A stretch of DNA of 64,000 bases from a virus (taxonomy: Duplodnaviria > Caudoviricetes), in the IMG/VR virus record IMGVR_UViG_3300032332_001510, positions 1 through 64,000 of that record. One strand, given 5' to 3'. Below the pieces are notes generated by a model. That model saw nothing but the letters and a program-made list of their open reading frames with translations, made no database searches and was not told where the DNA came from. Shown here piece after piece: positions 1-9,685 of the stretch. Numbering within the stretch: position 1 is the first letter of the stretch; the number at the start of each line of letters is the position of its first letter. The position numbers and the translations under genes are program-made.

Positions 1-2
1 GT

Positions 3-92
3 CCGAATGATGGTAACCGATATCGTTGGGATGAGTCTATAACTGCTTGGGTTGAAATACCGCAATCAATTAGAAAAGAAAATAATGGTTAA
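3..92 (+). CDS. 3' end of an upstream CDS (partial), tail-fibre-assembly-like C-terminus
   Basis: Hand translation PNDGNRYRWDESITAWVEIPQSIRKENNG*; the P.DG..Y.WDE...WVE pattern is typical of small phage tail-associated proteins. Confidence 0.5.
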   Translation, partial: PNDGNRYRWDESITAWVEIPQSIRKENNG

Positions 93-447
93 CGATATTA
101 AAATAGTAGTCAGTATCATTATATTTATTGCAGTAGCCATAAGCGGATTTTTTATTTACAATAAAATTTATACTCGCGGCTATGAGCAAGCACACCTAGA
201 GTGTGTGGAGGCTAAACAACAATATGAACTAGAACTACAACAAAAAATTACACAATTGGAGGGTAGTTTAACCGCTGCTCAACAACAAGCAGCACAAAAA
301 CAGCAAAAATTAAGCAAACAAATCATTAGTATTAGTGAACAACTAAAACTGCAGCCGGTTACTATTATAAAAAACGGTGAGTGTTTACCATCACCCACTT
401 TTGTAAATAGTATCAGCGAGGCAATTATGCGAGCCAACGAAAAATGA
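85..447 (+). CDS. i-spanin (Rz-like)
   Basis: N-terminal TM helix then long coiled coil, directly upstream of a lipoprotein gene; ATG at 85 is a more likely start than the track start at 52. Confidence 0.7.
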   Translation: MVNDIKIVVSIIIFIAVAISGFFIYNKIYTRGYEQAHLECVEAKQQYELELQQKITQLEGSLTAAQQQAAQKQQKLSKQIISISEQLKLQPVTIIKNGECLPSPTFVNSISEAIMRANEK

Positions 448-737
448 AAACACAAACAATACTCAGCTTTTGTCTTGTTGCCGCGCTTACAGGATGTGGA
501 ATTTTTTCTAAAAAATCTGTGGAAACACCAGCGATTGCAGCAACACAAAAACATATAGTAATAGAGCCGCAGCTATTAATTGGTTGTGAGCTATTACCAC
601 AATTGCCTCAAAATCCCACATATGAACATATAGCCCAACACTATATTACAATAATTGGACTATATGGTCAGTGTGCATTAAAACAAACAGCAAGTATAGA
701 AACTATTCGTAAACTTGCTAACCTGGACAACCCATGA
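444..737 (+). CDS. o-spanin lipoprotein (Rz1-like)
   Basis: Signal peptide with lipobox LTG-C; Pro-rich body; follows the i-spanin. Confidence 0.7.
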   Translation: MKTQTILSFCLVAALTGCGIFSKKSVETPAIAATQKHIVIEPQLLIGCELLPQLPQNPTYEHIAQHYITIIGLYGQCALKQTASIETIRKLANLDNP

Positions 738-1153
738 AAGAACACTTACGCTTCCGTAATATTTTTATGATTGGCGGCACCATTATTGTTATGCTGTATC
801 TTTTTATCAGCGACCCTAATGGTGGTAATATGACCATTCCATTTTTAGCTAAGCTGGCTACACCCATTATAGCGGTATGGTTTGCACACCTTGCACGTCG
901 TGCACTATTTGACTATGCAGATATGGAATCACTGCTGAAAAAAGCACGCGAAACTGCCACTGGCGCAGGTTTAGCTTTTGTTGGTCTTTGTATTATTATC
1001 TACGGCTTGCTTGGCCTTTTTGGCTCGCAAGTCTACGCACAACCAGTTGCTACCTATATTCCTAAGCAAGCATATGAGCACCTGCCTACTGTGCAGCAAG
1101 AAAAAGACAAGGTTTGGGCCACACACCCAAAGCCGCATACCTTGCTAGTCTAA
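734..1153 (+). CDS. holin-like 3-TM membrane protein; N-terminal part of a probable holin/endolysin fusion
   Basis: Three hydrophobic segments; the C-terminal ~30 aa look like the start of a transglycosylase that continues in the -1 frame. Confidence 0.55.
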   Translation: MKEHLRFRNIFMIGGTIIVMLYLFISDPNGGNMTIPFLAKLATPIIAVWFAHLARRALFDYADMESLLKKARETATGAGLAFVGLCIIIYGLLGLFGSQVYAQPVATYIPKQAYEHLPTVQQEKDKVWATHPKPHTLLV

Positions 1154-1689
1154 TAGAGCATGAGTCCTGCATCTCCTTAACACACAGTAAGTGTTGGAAT
1201 TCACGCTCACGCCTACGTAGCGATCGTGAGGAAGGTGCAGGACTTGGTCAGATTACCAGGGCTTTTAAAGCGGATGGAAGTATTAGGTTTGATGCTCTAT
1301 CAGACTTAAAACATAAGTATAATAAGGAATTATACGACTTAAACTGGCAAGTAGTTTATGACAGACCAGACCTACAAATTCGTGCATTAGCATTGATGAT
1401 GCGCAATAATTATCAGTATTTTAACCGACATGTTAAAGATCCCTATCAAGCATATGCTTTTGCTGATGCCGCTTATAACGGTGGTGCTGGTGGAGTTGAC
1501 CATGAGCGCAGAGCATGTAAACTGGCTAGTTGGTGTGATCCCGACAAGTGGTTTGATAACGTAGAAAAACTTTGTTTAAAATCTAAGGTGGCACTTTACG
1601 GTAATCGTAGTGCTTGTGATATTAACCGCCATCATGTAGAGGATGTAATTAACACACGTAGCAATAAGTATACAAAGTTTCTTCATTAA
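1114..1689 (+). CDS. lytic transglycosylase (SLT-like) endolysin domain
   Basis: LIEHES catalytic Glu, GAGLGQIT and AAYNGG motifs; only a TTG start with no clear RBS. Confidence 0.8.
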   Translation: MGHTPKAAYLASLIEHESCISLTHSKCWNSRSRLRSDREEGAGLGQITRAFKADGSIRFDALSDLKHKYNKELYDLNWQVVYDRPDLQIRALALMMRNNYQYFNRHVKDPYQAYAFADAAYNGGAGGVDHERRACKLASWCDPDKWFDNVEKLCLKSKVALYGNRSACDINRHHVEDVINTRSNKYTKFLH

Positions 1690-1706
1690 CCTATTAAAGG
1701 GTTTGT

Positions 1707-2399
1707 ATGGGTAATCAACCGTCTGGAAAACAAGTTCGTAAAGCTATATTACTTGAAAATAAAAATCCTATTGAAAACGGCTTTAAAGAAATTAAACCAC
1801 TAAATGAAATTCAAAGTATCTACCTAGAAGCAATTAAAGAAAATGATATTGTTTTTGGCATAGGCAGTGCTGGCACTGGAAAAACTTATGTAGCTGCTAG
1901 TTATGCGGCAGGCTTATTATTTCACCGCAAAATTTCAAAAATTATCTTAACCAGACCTAATGTAGAAACTGGTCGAGGCATGGGGTTTCTACCAGGTAAA
2001 ATTGATGATAAATATGCCCCCTACTTACAACCATTTGATGCAGTGTTTACAAAAACATTAGGTCGTGGATTCTACGAATATGCTGTTAAAAACAAAGACA
2101 TTGATCCTAGGCCTATTGGGTTTATGCGAGGTAGTAGCTTTGAATATGCAGTTGTATTAGTAGATGAAGCGCAAAATTTAACTAAAACTGAATTAAAAAT
2201 GTTATTAAGCAGAATTGGTAAAGGTTGTAAAATTATCCTAAGTGGTGATCCTAAACAAGTAGATATTTTAGACAGTGGATTAGAAGATAGCGTTCGTAGG
2301 CTTGATGGTATTCCTGGAGTTGAAATTGTTAAATTCTTAGACGAAGATATTGTACGCAGTAAAATGTGCAAACAAATTATCTTAGCATACAACGATTAA
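1707..2399 (+). CDS. phoH: PhoH-like ATPase
   Basis: GSAGTGKT P-loop, RGSSF, VDEAQN, GDPKQVD motifs. Confidence 0.95.
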   Translation: MGNQPSGKQVRKAILLENKNPIENGFKEIKPLNEIQSIYLEAIKENDIVFGIGSAGTGKTYVAASYAAGLLFHRKISKIILTRPNVETGRGMGFLPGKIDDKYAPYLQPFDAVFTKTLGRGFYEYAVKNKDIDPRPIGFMRGSSFEYAVVLVDEAQNLTKTELKMLLSRIGKGCKIILSGDPKQVDILDSGLEDSVRRLDGIPGVEIVKFLDEDIVRSKMCKQIILAYND

Positions 2400-2400
2400 T

Positions 2401-2439
2401 AAAAAAGCCCCTAAGTAGCAATACTTAGGGGCTTTTTTT
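2401..2439. terminator. bidirectional intrinsic terminator
   Basis: AAAAAAGCCCCTAAGTA-GCAA-TACTTAGGGGCTTTTTTT between convergent operons. Confidence 0.9.
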
Positions 2440-2635
2440 AACCTATCATGCGTTCATCTACAGCAACATTTTCATCAATTGTATGATGAATTATTTTGCC
2501 CTCTAGTTGTGCTAGAGCTTGTTCTCGCAGTTTTTCACTTAGCGGATTACAGATCTTTCCTGGAAGTTCTTGTAGAGCTACTAAAATTACATTTGCTTCG
2601 TCTTTAGTTAGTGTAAAAGTAAATTCTTGTGACAT
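2438..2635 (-). CDS. small hypothetical protein
   Basis: 65-aa ORF directly after nrdJ, same strand. Confidence 0.65.
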   Translation of the reverse strand: MSQEFTFTLTKDEANVILVALQELPGKICNPLSEKLREQALAQLEGKIIHHTIDENVAVDERMIG

Positions 2636-2639
2636 ATTA

Positions 2640-4601
2640 TTACCTAATAGGACAGGCTCCAGTTGAGCAATCTTGATCTACAATTTCGTCAAAACTATTA
2701 GCATCGTCTAAAATGACTTGTCGTAATTGAGCTGCATAATCTTTGTAAGTACGCTCGTCTACGACTTCTTGCGGCAAGTAGAGATAGCCTAGATCTTTAG
2801 CTGTTTTTGTTGGATCAGTTCTATAGATAAAACTTACACCTACATAACAATCCCAATTATCTAAGAGCCAACTAATAATTGCTGAAATTTCACCGGGATC
2901 ATAACTAATAGTAACACTAGTATTTTGTTGATTCCACGAAGTTTGTAGCAACTTATAACGTTCTAGCTGAGTAACTGCACTTTCCAAATTAACTTCTTTA
3001 CCATCAACTTTATCAAATACTACGCCGTCCCAACAAACCGGAAAAGTTACTAGCACACCGCTATCGTCAACTGGATGGTTGATAACTTTATAGTTTGCAT
3101 CACGCAGCTTTTCTACTACCGGATCATGCTTTGAAAACTGTACATTGTTGAAAATGTACTTGCCTAGTGGTTTGTGAACACCCTCGGTAGTATCCATGAT
3201 CTTGCTTAGTGTACCACTAGGCTTTACACAAGTTACATTTTTAGGACTTGGTAACCCTAACTCTTGAGCCATTCCTACTGCAGCACTAGTTGCTGTACGT
3301 TTTAAGTATTCATAGTCGTAGCTGCCCATATCTGGACGCATTGCAATGCCAGTTAAACCTACACCGCATAGTCGTAAAAAGTAGTTATTTAAATGCCAAG
3401 ACTCTTGCAAGATACCGTCCAACAAGTCAACACAAGTTTGACGATAATTGGCACGAGCAGCTAAACGAATAGCTGCATGTAGTCCAGCATTGTCGCCCTT
3501 AAACTTAGCTAAATCAGTTTCTGTTAGATTACAAAAACTCTTATTGCCTAATAGGATTTCTACACAAGGATTAGCACCTTTAAACCAAGGTGCGCGTCGT
3601 AGTGCCTCTACAGCATTAATAAATCCTGGCTCCGAACCACCAGCTTCTTGCATTAGTTGAAAAATCTTTTCTAAGTCTTCACGCTGTGGTTTTTCATTGA
3701 ATACTAGCGAGTTATTACTTTGAGTACGATGTTGATTATTGTGTAACCACCAGTCTTTTTTAGCTACCGCAAACTCTTCCCATTCAGGTTGACCATAGTC
3801 AAAAAGAGCGATTTCAGCACTTCGCCGACTGCTAAGAATAGTACCAAGATGATTAACAATGTCCAGAATATCCATCCTAGTAAGTAGACTATCAGCCCTG
3901 CCATTAAGAATATTGGCAATAGCAAGATATGCAGTACTAATTGCAGTGTCACCTGAAGAAATCCATCCATAACCTTTTAACCTTTCTCCTGCGGGACGTA
4001 GTTGACTAAAATCTAAAACTAGTGTATCGGCGGGATACTTTCCAGCCATGAGTTTGCCAATACTTTTAGCCCAAGCCTCTGCACTATCACCAATTTGTAG
4101 TGTCCAAGTTTTAGTTTCTAAGTCCCAAGTTTCTGTATTGTACTCATTACCGCCTTTTTGGGTACGAGTACTACGAATGGTTTTGATATTCTTAATTGGC
4201 TTTGAAAAACCATTAAGAGTACCTACAATAGGCTTAAAGCCTACGCCACAACCTTGTAGTAATAACCATAGTACATCTACTACATCATATACAGTTTCTA
4301 CATGAGTAAAGCTACAATTAAACTGACTAGCTTCACGCGTCTTGGCTACTTGTGTACCACCAAGCCATAAAGTTCTACCACTCATCAAAACTTTTCTGTC
4401 AAGCATTAGTTGTTCTAGGTCATATAGCTCTGCATATTCTTGATCATTAAGTTCGCGATTAAGTGCACGCTCCCATAGCCATGCTTGATGATCAATTACA
4501 CGGGCAACTGTTTCTTGCCAAGTTTCAAATTGTTTTCCGTCGTCTGAAGTCGGCCTGTTATAGGTACGACGTGTAATTACTTGTGCTCTTGTACTAACCA
4601 T
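2640..4601 (-). CDS. nrdJ: class II (B12-dependent) ribonucleotide reductase, monomeric RTPR type
   Basis: FNCSF, NPCVE..FCNLTE, KPSGTLS motifs and C-terminal CSTGACPIR redox pair. Confidence 0.92.
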   Translation of the reverse strand: MVSTRAQVITRRTYNRPTSDDGKQFETWQETVARVIDHQAWLWERALNRELNDQEYAELYDLEQLMLDRKVLMSGRTLWLGGTQVAKTREASQFNCSFTHVETVYDVVDVLWLLLQGCGVGFKPIVGTLNGFSKPIKNIKTIRSTRTQKGGNEYNTETWDLETKTWTLQIGDSAEAWAKSIGKLMAGKYPADTLVLDFSQLRPAGERLKGYGWISSGDTAISTAYLAIANILNGRADSLLTRMDILDIVNHLGTILSSRRSAEIALFDYGQPEWEEFAVAKKDWWLHNNQHRTQSNNSLVFNEKPQREDLEKIFQLMQEAGGSEPGFINAVEALRRAPWFKGANPCVEILLGNKSFCNLTETDLAKFKGDNAGLHAAIRLAARANYRQTCVDLLDGILQESWHLNNYFLRLCGVGLTGIAMRPDMGSYDYEYLKRTATSAAVGMAQELGLPSPKNVTCVKPSGTLSKIMDTTEGVHKPLGKYIFNNVQFSKHDPVVEKLRDANYKVINHPVDDSGVLVTFPVCWDGVVFDKVDGKEVNLESAVTQLERYKLLQTSWNQQNTSVTISYDPGEISAIISWLLDNWDCYVGVSFIYRTDPTKTAKDLGYLYLPQEVVDERTYKDYAAQLRQVILDDANSFDEIVDQDCSTGACPIR

Positions 4602-4602
4602 A

Positions 4603-4980
4603 TCAATCCTTGCTATACTCTTTTAAAAACGGTTTAAGATTAGGTGCTTGCCAACCTACTGGTTTAAGAACTTTGCCGTCTTCACGTTTACGCACCTTGC
4701 CAGTTTCTTTGTCAATTTTGGCAAAATTAGTACTCATAACTTCACGCCAGGCACTTTCGCCATCTGCGCCCATACTGTGAACAGCGCCAATAGTGACAAC
4801 CAAGATGTCAATAAGAGCGTCTAGTGTTTCTAATTGGTCGTGATTATTTACTGCTTCAGTAAGCTCTTTAAATTCTTCTTCAATCAAACCTACATACATG
4901 GCAAATTGTTGTTGATCAAATCTGCCTGTAACTTGATCACAAGCACGCATAAAGTTTTCTTGATCTCTAAATAAATTCAT
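4603..4980 (-). CDS. MazG-like nucleotide pyrophosphohydrolase
   Basis: IEEEFKEL, DALIDILVV, EVMSTNFAK, REDGKVLKP motifs. Confidence 0.85.
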   Translation of the reverse strand: MNLFRDQENFMRACDQVTGRFDQQQFAMYVGLIEEEFKELTEAVNNHDQLETLDALIDILVVTIGAVHSMGADGESAWREVMSTNFAKIDKETGKVRKREDGKVLKPVGWQAPNLKPFLKEYSKD

Positions 4981-4981
4981 T

Positions 4982-5827
4982 TTAATCCTTACAGTATTCT
5001 TTTAAGATTTCATCTATTTGTTTGGTATTTTCACCTAGTGCATCTTTACAAAAAGTGACCAGATCCATAAGCTGATAGTTGAGTAAAATCTTATCACCAC
5101 TTTCATTTAGTGATTTAATGTACTTTAGTTTACTTTGAATAGGTAGTTCAGCTACTATATCTATTGCAGTACCGTATTCACTAACTAATTGTTGTGCACG
5201 TTTTGGCCCAATACCCTCTACACCCCGTACATTATCTCCAGTATCTCCCATTAAGCACTTTATGCTAATATAATGCTCATGTGGAAAATCATAGTGCGTA
5301 TGCCAGTTATTAGCAGTAACTTCTTTGCGAGTTACATAGCTAAATCTACTTACCTTTTCACCTACTAGCAAGTCCCAATCTTTATCACTTGAAATCATCC
5401 AGATATGATCAATAGGCAATAAGTGATGAATACTAGCAATATATGCCGCAATGTCGTCAGCCTCAGTTTGCTTAAACTGTATAACTGGATAGTCAGTAGT
5501 CTCACGAATGTTGTCTAGACTGGCTTGATAATCTTCAAAGAATAATTCAAATGCAGCACGTTCAGCGTCAGTTTGTTCAGCAAATTTATCTTTGCGATTT
5601 TGTTTGTATTCAGGGTAAATTTCTTTACGATAGCTGCTTGATCCCTGATCTGCTGCAATCACGACCCACCTGGCTTTGTAACTTTTCTTTAGACTTTCTA
5701 TTGTGCGCTTGTAGTCTTCAGCAAAATCTGTAGCGCCACTGTGTTTCCAGCGAAAAGCTAAGTTTAGTGCATCTACTACTATTAAGCAGTTTTCTTGTTC
5801 TGTAACTTGTTGAAATGTTTTACTCAT
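4982..5827 (-). CDS. D15: 5'-3' flap exonuclease (T5 D15-like)
   Basis: VDALN, YKQNR, EADD, SSDKDW, GDTGDNVRGVEGIGPKRA (H3TH) motifs; T5 synteny. Confidence 0.92.
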   Translation of the reverse strand: MSKTFQQVTEQENCLIVVDALNLAFRWKHSGATDFAEDYKRTIESLKKSYKARWVVIAADQGSSSYRKEIYPEYKQNRKDKFAEQTDAERAAFELFFEDYQASLDNIRETTDYPVIQFKQTEADDIAAYIASIHHLLPIDHIWMISSDKDWDLLVGEKVSRFSYVTRKEVTANNWHTHYDFPHEHYISIKCLMGDTGDNVRGVEGIGPKRAQQLVSEYGTAIDIVAELPIQSKLKYIKSLNESGDKILLNYQLMDLVTFCKDALGENTKQIDEILKEYCKD

Positions 5828-6114
5828 GTTAACAGTCTTATTAGTCCTAGTGTATCAATGGAGACAAGCAGGAGGTAGTTAGCAAGCATACCAAATGAAC
5901 GGCGAGACCAAGCACACCAGGCATAAATAGCACAACCAGTAATCCAAGTGGGATAAAGAGCCATAAGTGGAGGATTTGGTACTGTTCCAGCCATGACAAC
6001 AGCACACCCAATACTAAGAGCCCAAGCAACCAGCTCCATAACAAACCTAATACGATTGGATTTGTAATCATTATATATCCAGTCTAGTGTTGGTTGTATT
6101 AAAATATTTTTCAT
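5824..6114 (-). CDS. 3-TM membrane protein
   Basis: Hydrophobic 96-aa ORF with its own sigma70-like promoter (TTGACT-17-TATAAT, about 6119-6147). Confidence 0.7.
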   Translation of the reverse strand: MKNILIQPTLDWIYNDYKSNRIRFVMELVAWALSIGCAVVMAGTVPNPPLMALYPTWITGCAIYAWCAWSRRSFGMLANYLLLVSIDTLGLIRLLT

Positions 6115-6144
6115 TTAATATTATACTAAATATTAGCCGTTAAG

Positions 6145-6603
6145 TCAATACACAAATTGTGGATGTTCTAATGTTAGCCAGTCTTCTAAAAGCGCAACAT
6201 AAAAACTGTGTGGTTGTCTATACACATAAAAGTGATGATAGTTTTCTGGTATACAGTAGTCACTGCTAAAAGCTACAAATACTTTACTGCGATCGTGTTT
6301 AAAAATTAACAACGGTAATTTATTAACCTGCCTAGCTTGACGAATAGTTTGTTGCCAAAATTCTAGTAATTGTGGAGTCTTAGATGTTAATACTGCGCTA
6401 GTTAAATGATCGTCTGCGTATCCTTTTGCTTCAACACAAAAAACGTTGTTGTAGTTAGGAACGTAAAGATCGCCTTTTAAACCATGTTTTTCATCTAATG
6501 CACCTGAACCAGGAACCCGCTCCCACCCTAATTTAGTGTGTTTTCTGAGAAGGTCCCTGATTACTGTTTCTGTTCTAGCGCCTTTAGCTCTAGAATCTAC
6601 CAT
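6145..6603 (-). CDS. D14: Holliday junction resolvase-like nuclease (T5 D14-like)
   Basis: SRAKGARTE..GDL..VEAK PD-(D/E)xK motif; synteny. Confidence 0.85.
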   Translation of the reverse strand: MVDSRAKGARTETVIRDLLRKHTKLGWERVPGSGALDEKHGLKGDLYVPNYNNVFCVEAKGYADDHLTSAVLTSKTPQLLEFWQQTIRQARQVNKLPLLIFKHDRSKVFVAFSSDYCIPENYHHFYVYRQPHSFYVALLEDWLTLEHPQFVY

Positions 6604-6881
6604 TACTTTGTAATAGTTGCATCGGTAATATCGGACATTACTACTGGAGTTTCTATAGGCTCTTGATAAACTACTGAAGGTTCTGGTAAAACTGCCTCAA
6701 CATCAATACCACAAATTTCTCCAGTACAATTTTGATCAATTCTATAGATCAACTTACTACCATATACCTTTATTGTAGTAAGTTGATCTTGAGTAAGTTC
6801 GTCACCTACAAATAGTTCTGTTTCTCTACCATTAATAACTGCAGTAGCTTTGGCATTAATTACGTGTTCGATTTTATACAT
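6603..6881 (-). CDS. hypothetical protein
   Basis: ATG (MYKIEH) just after the D13 stop codon. Confidence 0.6.
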   Translation of the reverse strand: MYKIEHVINAKATAVINGRETELFVGDELTQDQLTTIKVYGSKLIYRIDQNCTGEICGIDVEAVLPEPSVVYQEPIETPVVMSDITDATITK

Positions 6882-6885
6882 ATTA

Positions 6886-8682
6886 TTATCCCTCGATTTT
6901 AGAAATGTTGTTTTGTTTAACAACGTGTACCTTTTCCAATAAGGGGTGGCTGAATCCATGACTAACGAGTATTGTATTAAGAGATTCTTCTTTAAGCAAG
7001 ACTTCAATTAGTTTCTCCTTACCATCTACATCTAGTGCTTCAATAGTTTCGTCTAAAATTAACAAGTTAATTCTACTTTGACTTAGACTTTGCATTAGCT
7101 TTCTAATTGCTAATAGTGTTGCCACATTAACTCTGGCTCGCTCACCCCCGCTAAGAGCTAAGATATCAATATCTATTCCATTATCGGTAATAACAACATT
7201 TAATTTGTCACTACCACTAATTTGAAAACTGATTTGAAATCTACCACCGCTCAATTCGCCTAGATATTCATTACTAATGCCTTCTAGGTCTTTAACAAGA
7301 TTTTCAATTTTATACGCTACTAAACCTGTAGTACTAAAAGTTTTTACTAGTGTATTAATAGTGTTTAATTTTGCAGTTAATTGATTAGCTTTTGCAGTCC
7401 ACTCACCAAGTTCTACCTCCATTTCAACTATCTGTGATTTTATCAATTCTAGTCGATTATTGTGCGTGGTTACTTCTTGATTATGTTTTTCTGCATTAAC
7501 AATATCTTGTTTTATCTTTGCTATTTGCTGTTGCAAATCTTTTAATTGTTTTTGTAATTTTGCTTCATCCAATAGATTTTCGGGTAGATCTGTATCAATT
7601 AGTTGATGGTACTTTTCCCAATCTTCTTGATTGCGCTGTGCTTGTTTCCAAATAATAAGTTCATTATTATACTTTTTTATTTCCGCAGCTCTTAACTCGC
7701 TATTAAGTTTAGATATTGTAATAAGTTGATCTTGTTGTATAATCAACTTATTAGTTTTTTCTAAATCTATAGTTTGTAAACAAGTAGGACAATTACCATG
7801 TAGTGATGCCATTTTGTGTTTAAAAATTTCAGCATCTTGAATAGTTTTATCATATTCTGCTTTTTTAATCACCGCAACATCTATATCTAGTGTTGGTTTA
7901 TTTGGCATATCTACTAAACTTATTTTTTCTTTTAGCTGTTTATATGTATTATTTTGCCCAATCTTTTTATTAGTTTTTTCAATATCTTGAATAGTAGTTG
8001 CTAATTTACTAGCCTCTGCAACTAGACTATCATCTAGAACTGAAACCGGAGTATACCCCTTAGGTTCAAAACTTGTTTTATTATACTTGGCAATCCACTG
8101 CTGAATAGTACCTAATTTAGCTTGAGCTTCTGTTAGGTCTTTACCTACTTCTGCAGCTGCTTGCTTAAATACTTCTCCAGCTTGTGTATACTTGCCTAGG
8201 TTTAGCAATTCAATTAAAAACTTTTTTCTAGCAGTATCAGCGCTGGTTAAAAACTCTAGGCTGCCTGCATGACTTTGATATACAATCTGTGAAAAAGTTT
8301 TGTGATCTATACCTATAAGTTGCTCTATTAGTTTATAAGTAGTAGTAGCAGTGTGTCCACTAATATCTTCTAAACCTTTGTACAATTTTACTTGTTGTTG
8401 AGCACCCCGTTTGCTTTCAATTTTATATTCACATCCGTCTTTATCTAATACTAGTTCAATTTGATATTGTTTATCTTTTATATAGCGATTTAAAATATCG
8501 CCTTTTTTAATGCCTTTGCTATTTTTGTTAAATAAAACTTCTTCTAAGATTAATGCAATGCTGCTTTTACCGTGCCCATTTTTACCCACAAGTTGAATAA
8601 GTGGACTTTGAGTAAAATCAATCTTATTATTTAAACCGTAACTAAAAGCATTAGACCACGTTAGTTGTTTTAATACTATCAT
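6886..8682 (-). CDS. D13: SbcC/Rad50-like recombination ATPase (T5 D13-like)
   Basis: GKNGHGKS, CPTC zinc hook, LSGGE signature, LILDE Walker B. Confidence 0.93.
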   Translation of the reverse strand: MIVLKQLTWSNAFSYGLNNKIDFTQSPLIQLVGKNGHGKSSIALILEEVLFNKNSKGIKKGDILNRYIKDKQYQIELVLDKDGCEYKIESKRGAQQQVKLYKGLEDISGHTATTTYKLIEQLIGIDHKTFSQIVYQSHAGSLEFLTSADTARKKFLIELLNLGKYTQAGEVFKQAAAEVGKDLTEAQAKLGTIQQWIAKYNKTSFEPKGYTPVSVLDDSLVAEASKLATTIQDIEKTNKKIGQNNTYKQLKEKISLVDMPNKPTLDIDVAVIKKAEYDKTIQDAEIFKHKMASLHGNCPTCLQTIDLEKTNKLIIQQDQLITISKLNSELRAAEIKKYNNELIIWKQAQRNQEDWEKYHQLIDTDLPENLLDEAKLQKQLKDLQQQIAKIKQDIVNAEKHNQEVTTHNNRLELIKSQIVEMEVELGEWTAKANQLTAKLNTINTLVKTFSTTGLVAYKIENLVKDLEGISNEYLGELSGGRFQISFQISGSDKLNVVITDNGIDIDILALSGGERARVNVATLLAIRKLMQSLSQSRINLLILDETIEALDVDGKEKLIEVLLKEESLNTILVSHGFSHPLLEKVHVVKQNNISKIEG

Positions 8683-9632
8683 AGTTCTAGTTTATCCGAA
8701 TAGTTATAAAATTCTTTTAGTGTTTCAGCAACTGCTGTTTCATTAAGCTGTAGTATATACGTTAAATACTCTTTGACTTCTTCGCCCAGTGAAAGTTCTG
8801 GATCTAAAATTAGCTGAGTTTCTTGAGCACGTTTAACCACTTTTTTGTCGATTAAGTCGCTGTCCTCAAGCTGACCCAGTTCATGCAAGTCACCTTCAAT
8901 TTCATAAATTGTATGGTGAAAAGCTGTCTGCGGTTTAGGGTCATGCACCCCTATGGTTTGCTTAATTAATTGTGGCAACTCAAAAGGCATCCAGATATGT
9001 GTTAAATCTTCCCTGTTTAATAAAACAGCTCCAGTGTTAACCTCATTACGGTGAAAGCTAGTAGTATAAGGGCTGCCTGGATATATAATGTTTCGCTGTG
9101 AATTTTCATAACTATGTAGATCTCCTGCTAGTACCTGTTCCCAACGATCTAGTAGAGTTAAATCTATTTCAGGCTTAACGTGGGGCGGAATTTCGCCACG
9201 AACATGAGTACACAAGATTCTTCCATCAAAAGTGTACTTTGTTGTTTCCAGTTCTTTTAATTTATTGTATGGTATAAAATCAATACGATGACGAGTATAA
9301 AAATCGTCAATGATTGATACTAGCGGATTAATACGTGTAGTTGCTCGTTTTAAATATGTTAAAAAAGTACTATCTTTTTTAAGCATCTCATGATTGCCTG
9401 GATAGACAATGCACTCTACATCAATACTAGCCATTAGGTCAAAATATAATTCAACTTCGTCCATAGTAGGAAGTCGGTCAAATATATCACCACCTAAAAC
9501 TACTAGATCAGCATGCCGTTGCATTTTTTTGAATTGTTCAATAAATAACTGAAATCTGTTTTTAGCCCATTCGACTGGAACATTTTTTTGACCCAGTTTT
9601 ATATGTATATCTGCTGTGAATAGTATATTCAT
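8679..9632 (-). CDS. D12: SbcD/Mre11-like nuclease (T5 D12-like)
   Basis: ADIH, GDIFD, GNHE, GDLH metallophosphoesterase motifs. Confidence 0.92.
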   Translation of the reverse strand: MNILFTADIHIKLGQKNVPVEWAKNRFQLFIEQFKKMQRHADLVVLGGDIFDRLPTMDEVELYFDLMASIDVECIVYPGNHEMLKKDSTFLTYLKRATTRINPLVSIIDDFYTRHRIDFIPYNKLKELETTKYTFDGRILCTHVRGEIPPHVKPEIDLTLLDRWEQVLAGDLHSYENSQRNIIYPGSPYTTSFHRNEVNTGAVLLNREDLTHIWMPFELPQLIKQTIGVHDPKPQTAFHHTIYEIEGDLHELGQLEDSDLIDKKVVKRAQETQLILDPELSLGEEVKEYLTYILQLNETAVAETLKEFYNYSDKLEL

Positions 9633-9645
9633 TTTGTACCAGACA

Positions 9646-9685
9646 AAATAGCCCGCTAAAGTAAAGTACTCTAGCGGGCTTTGGT
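9646..9685 (-). terminator. intrinsic terminator after D11
   Basis: AGCCCGCTA...TAGCGGGCT hairpin followed by T-rich tract on the - strand. Confidence 0.75.
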
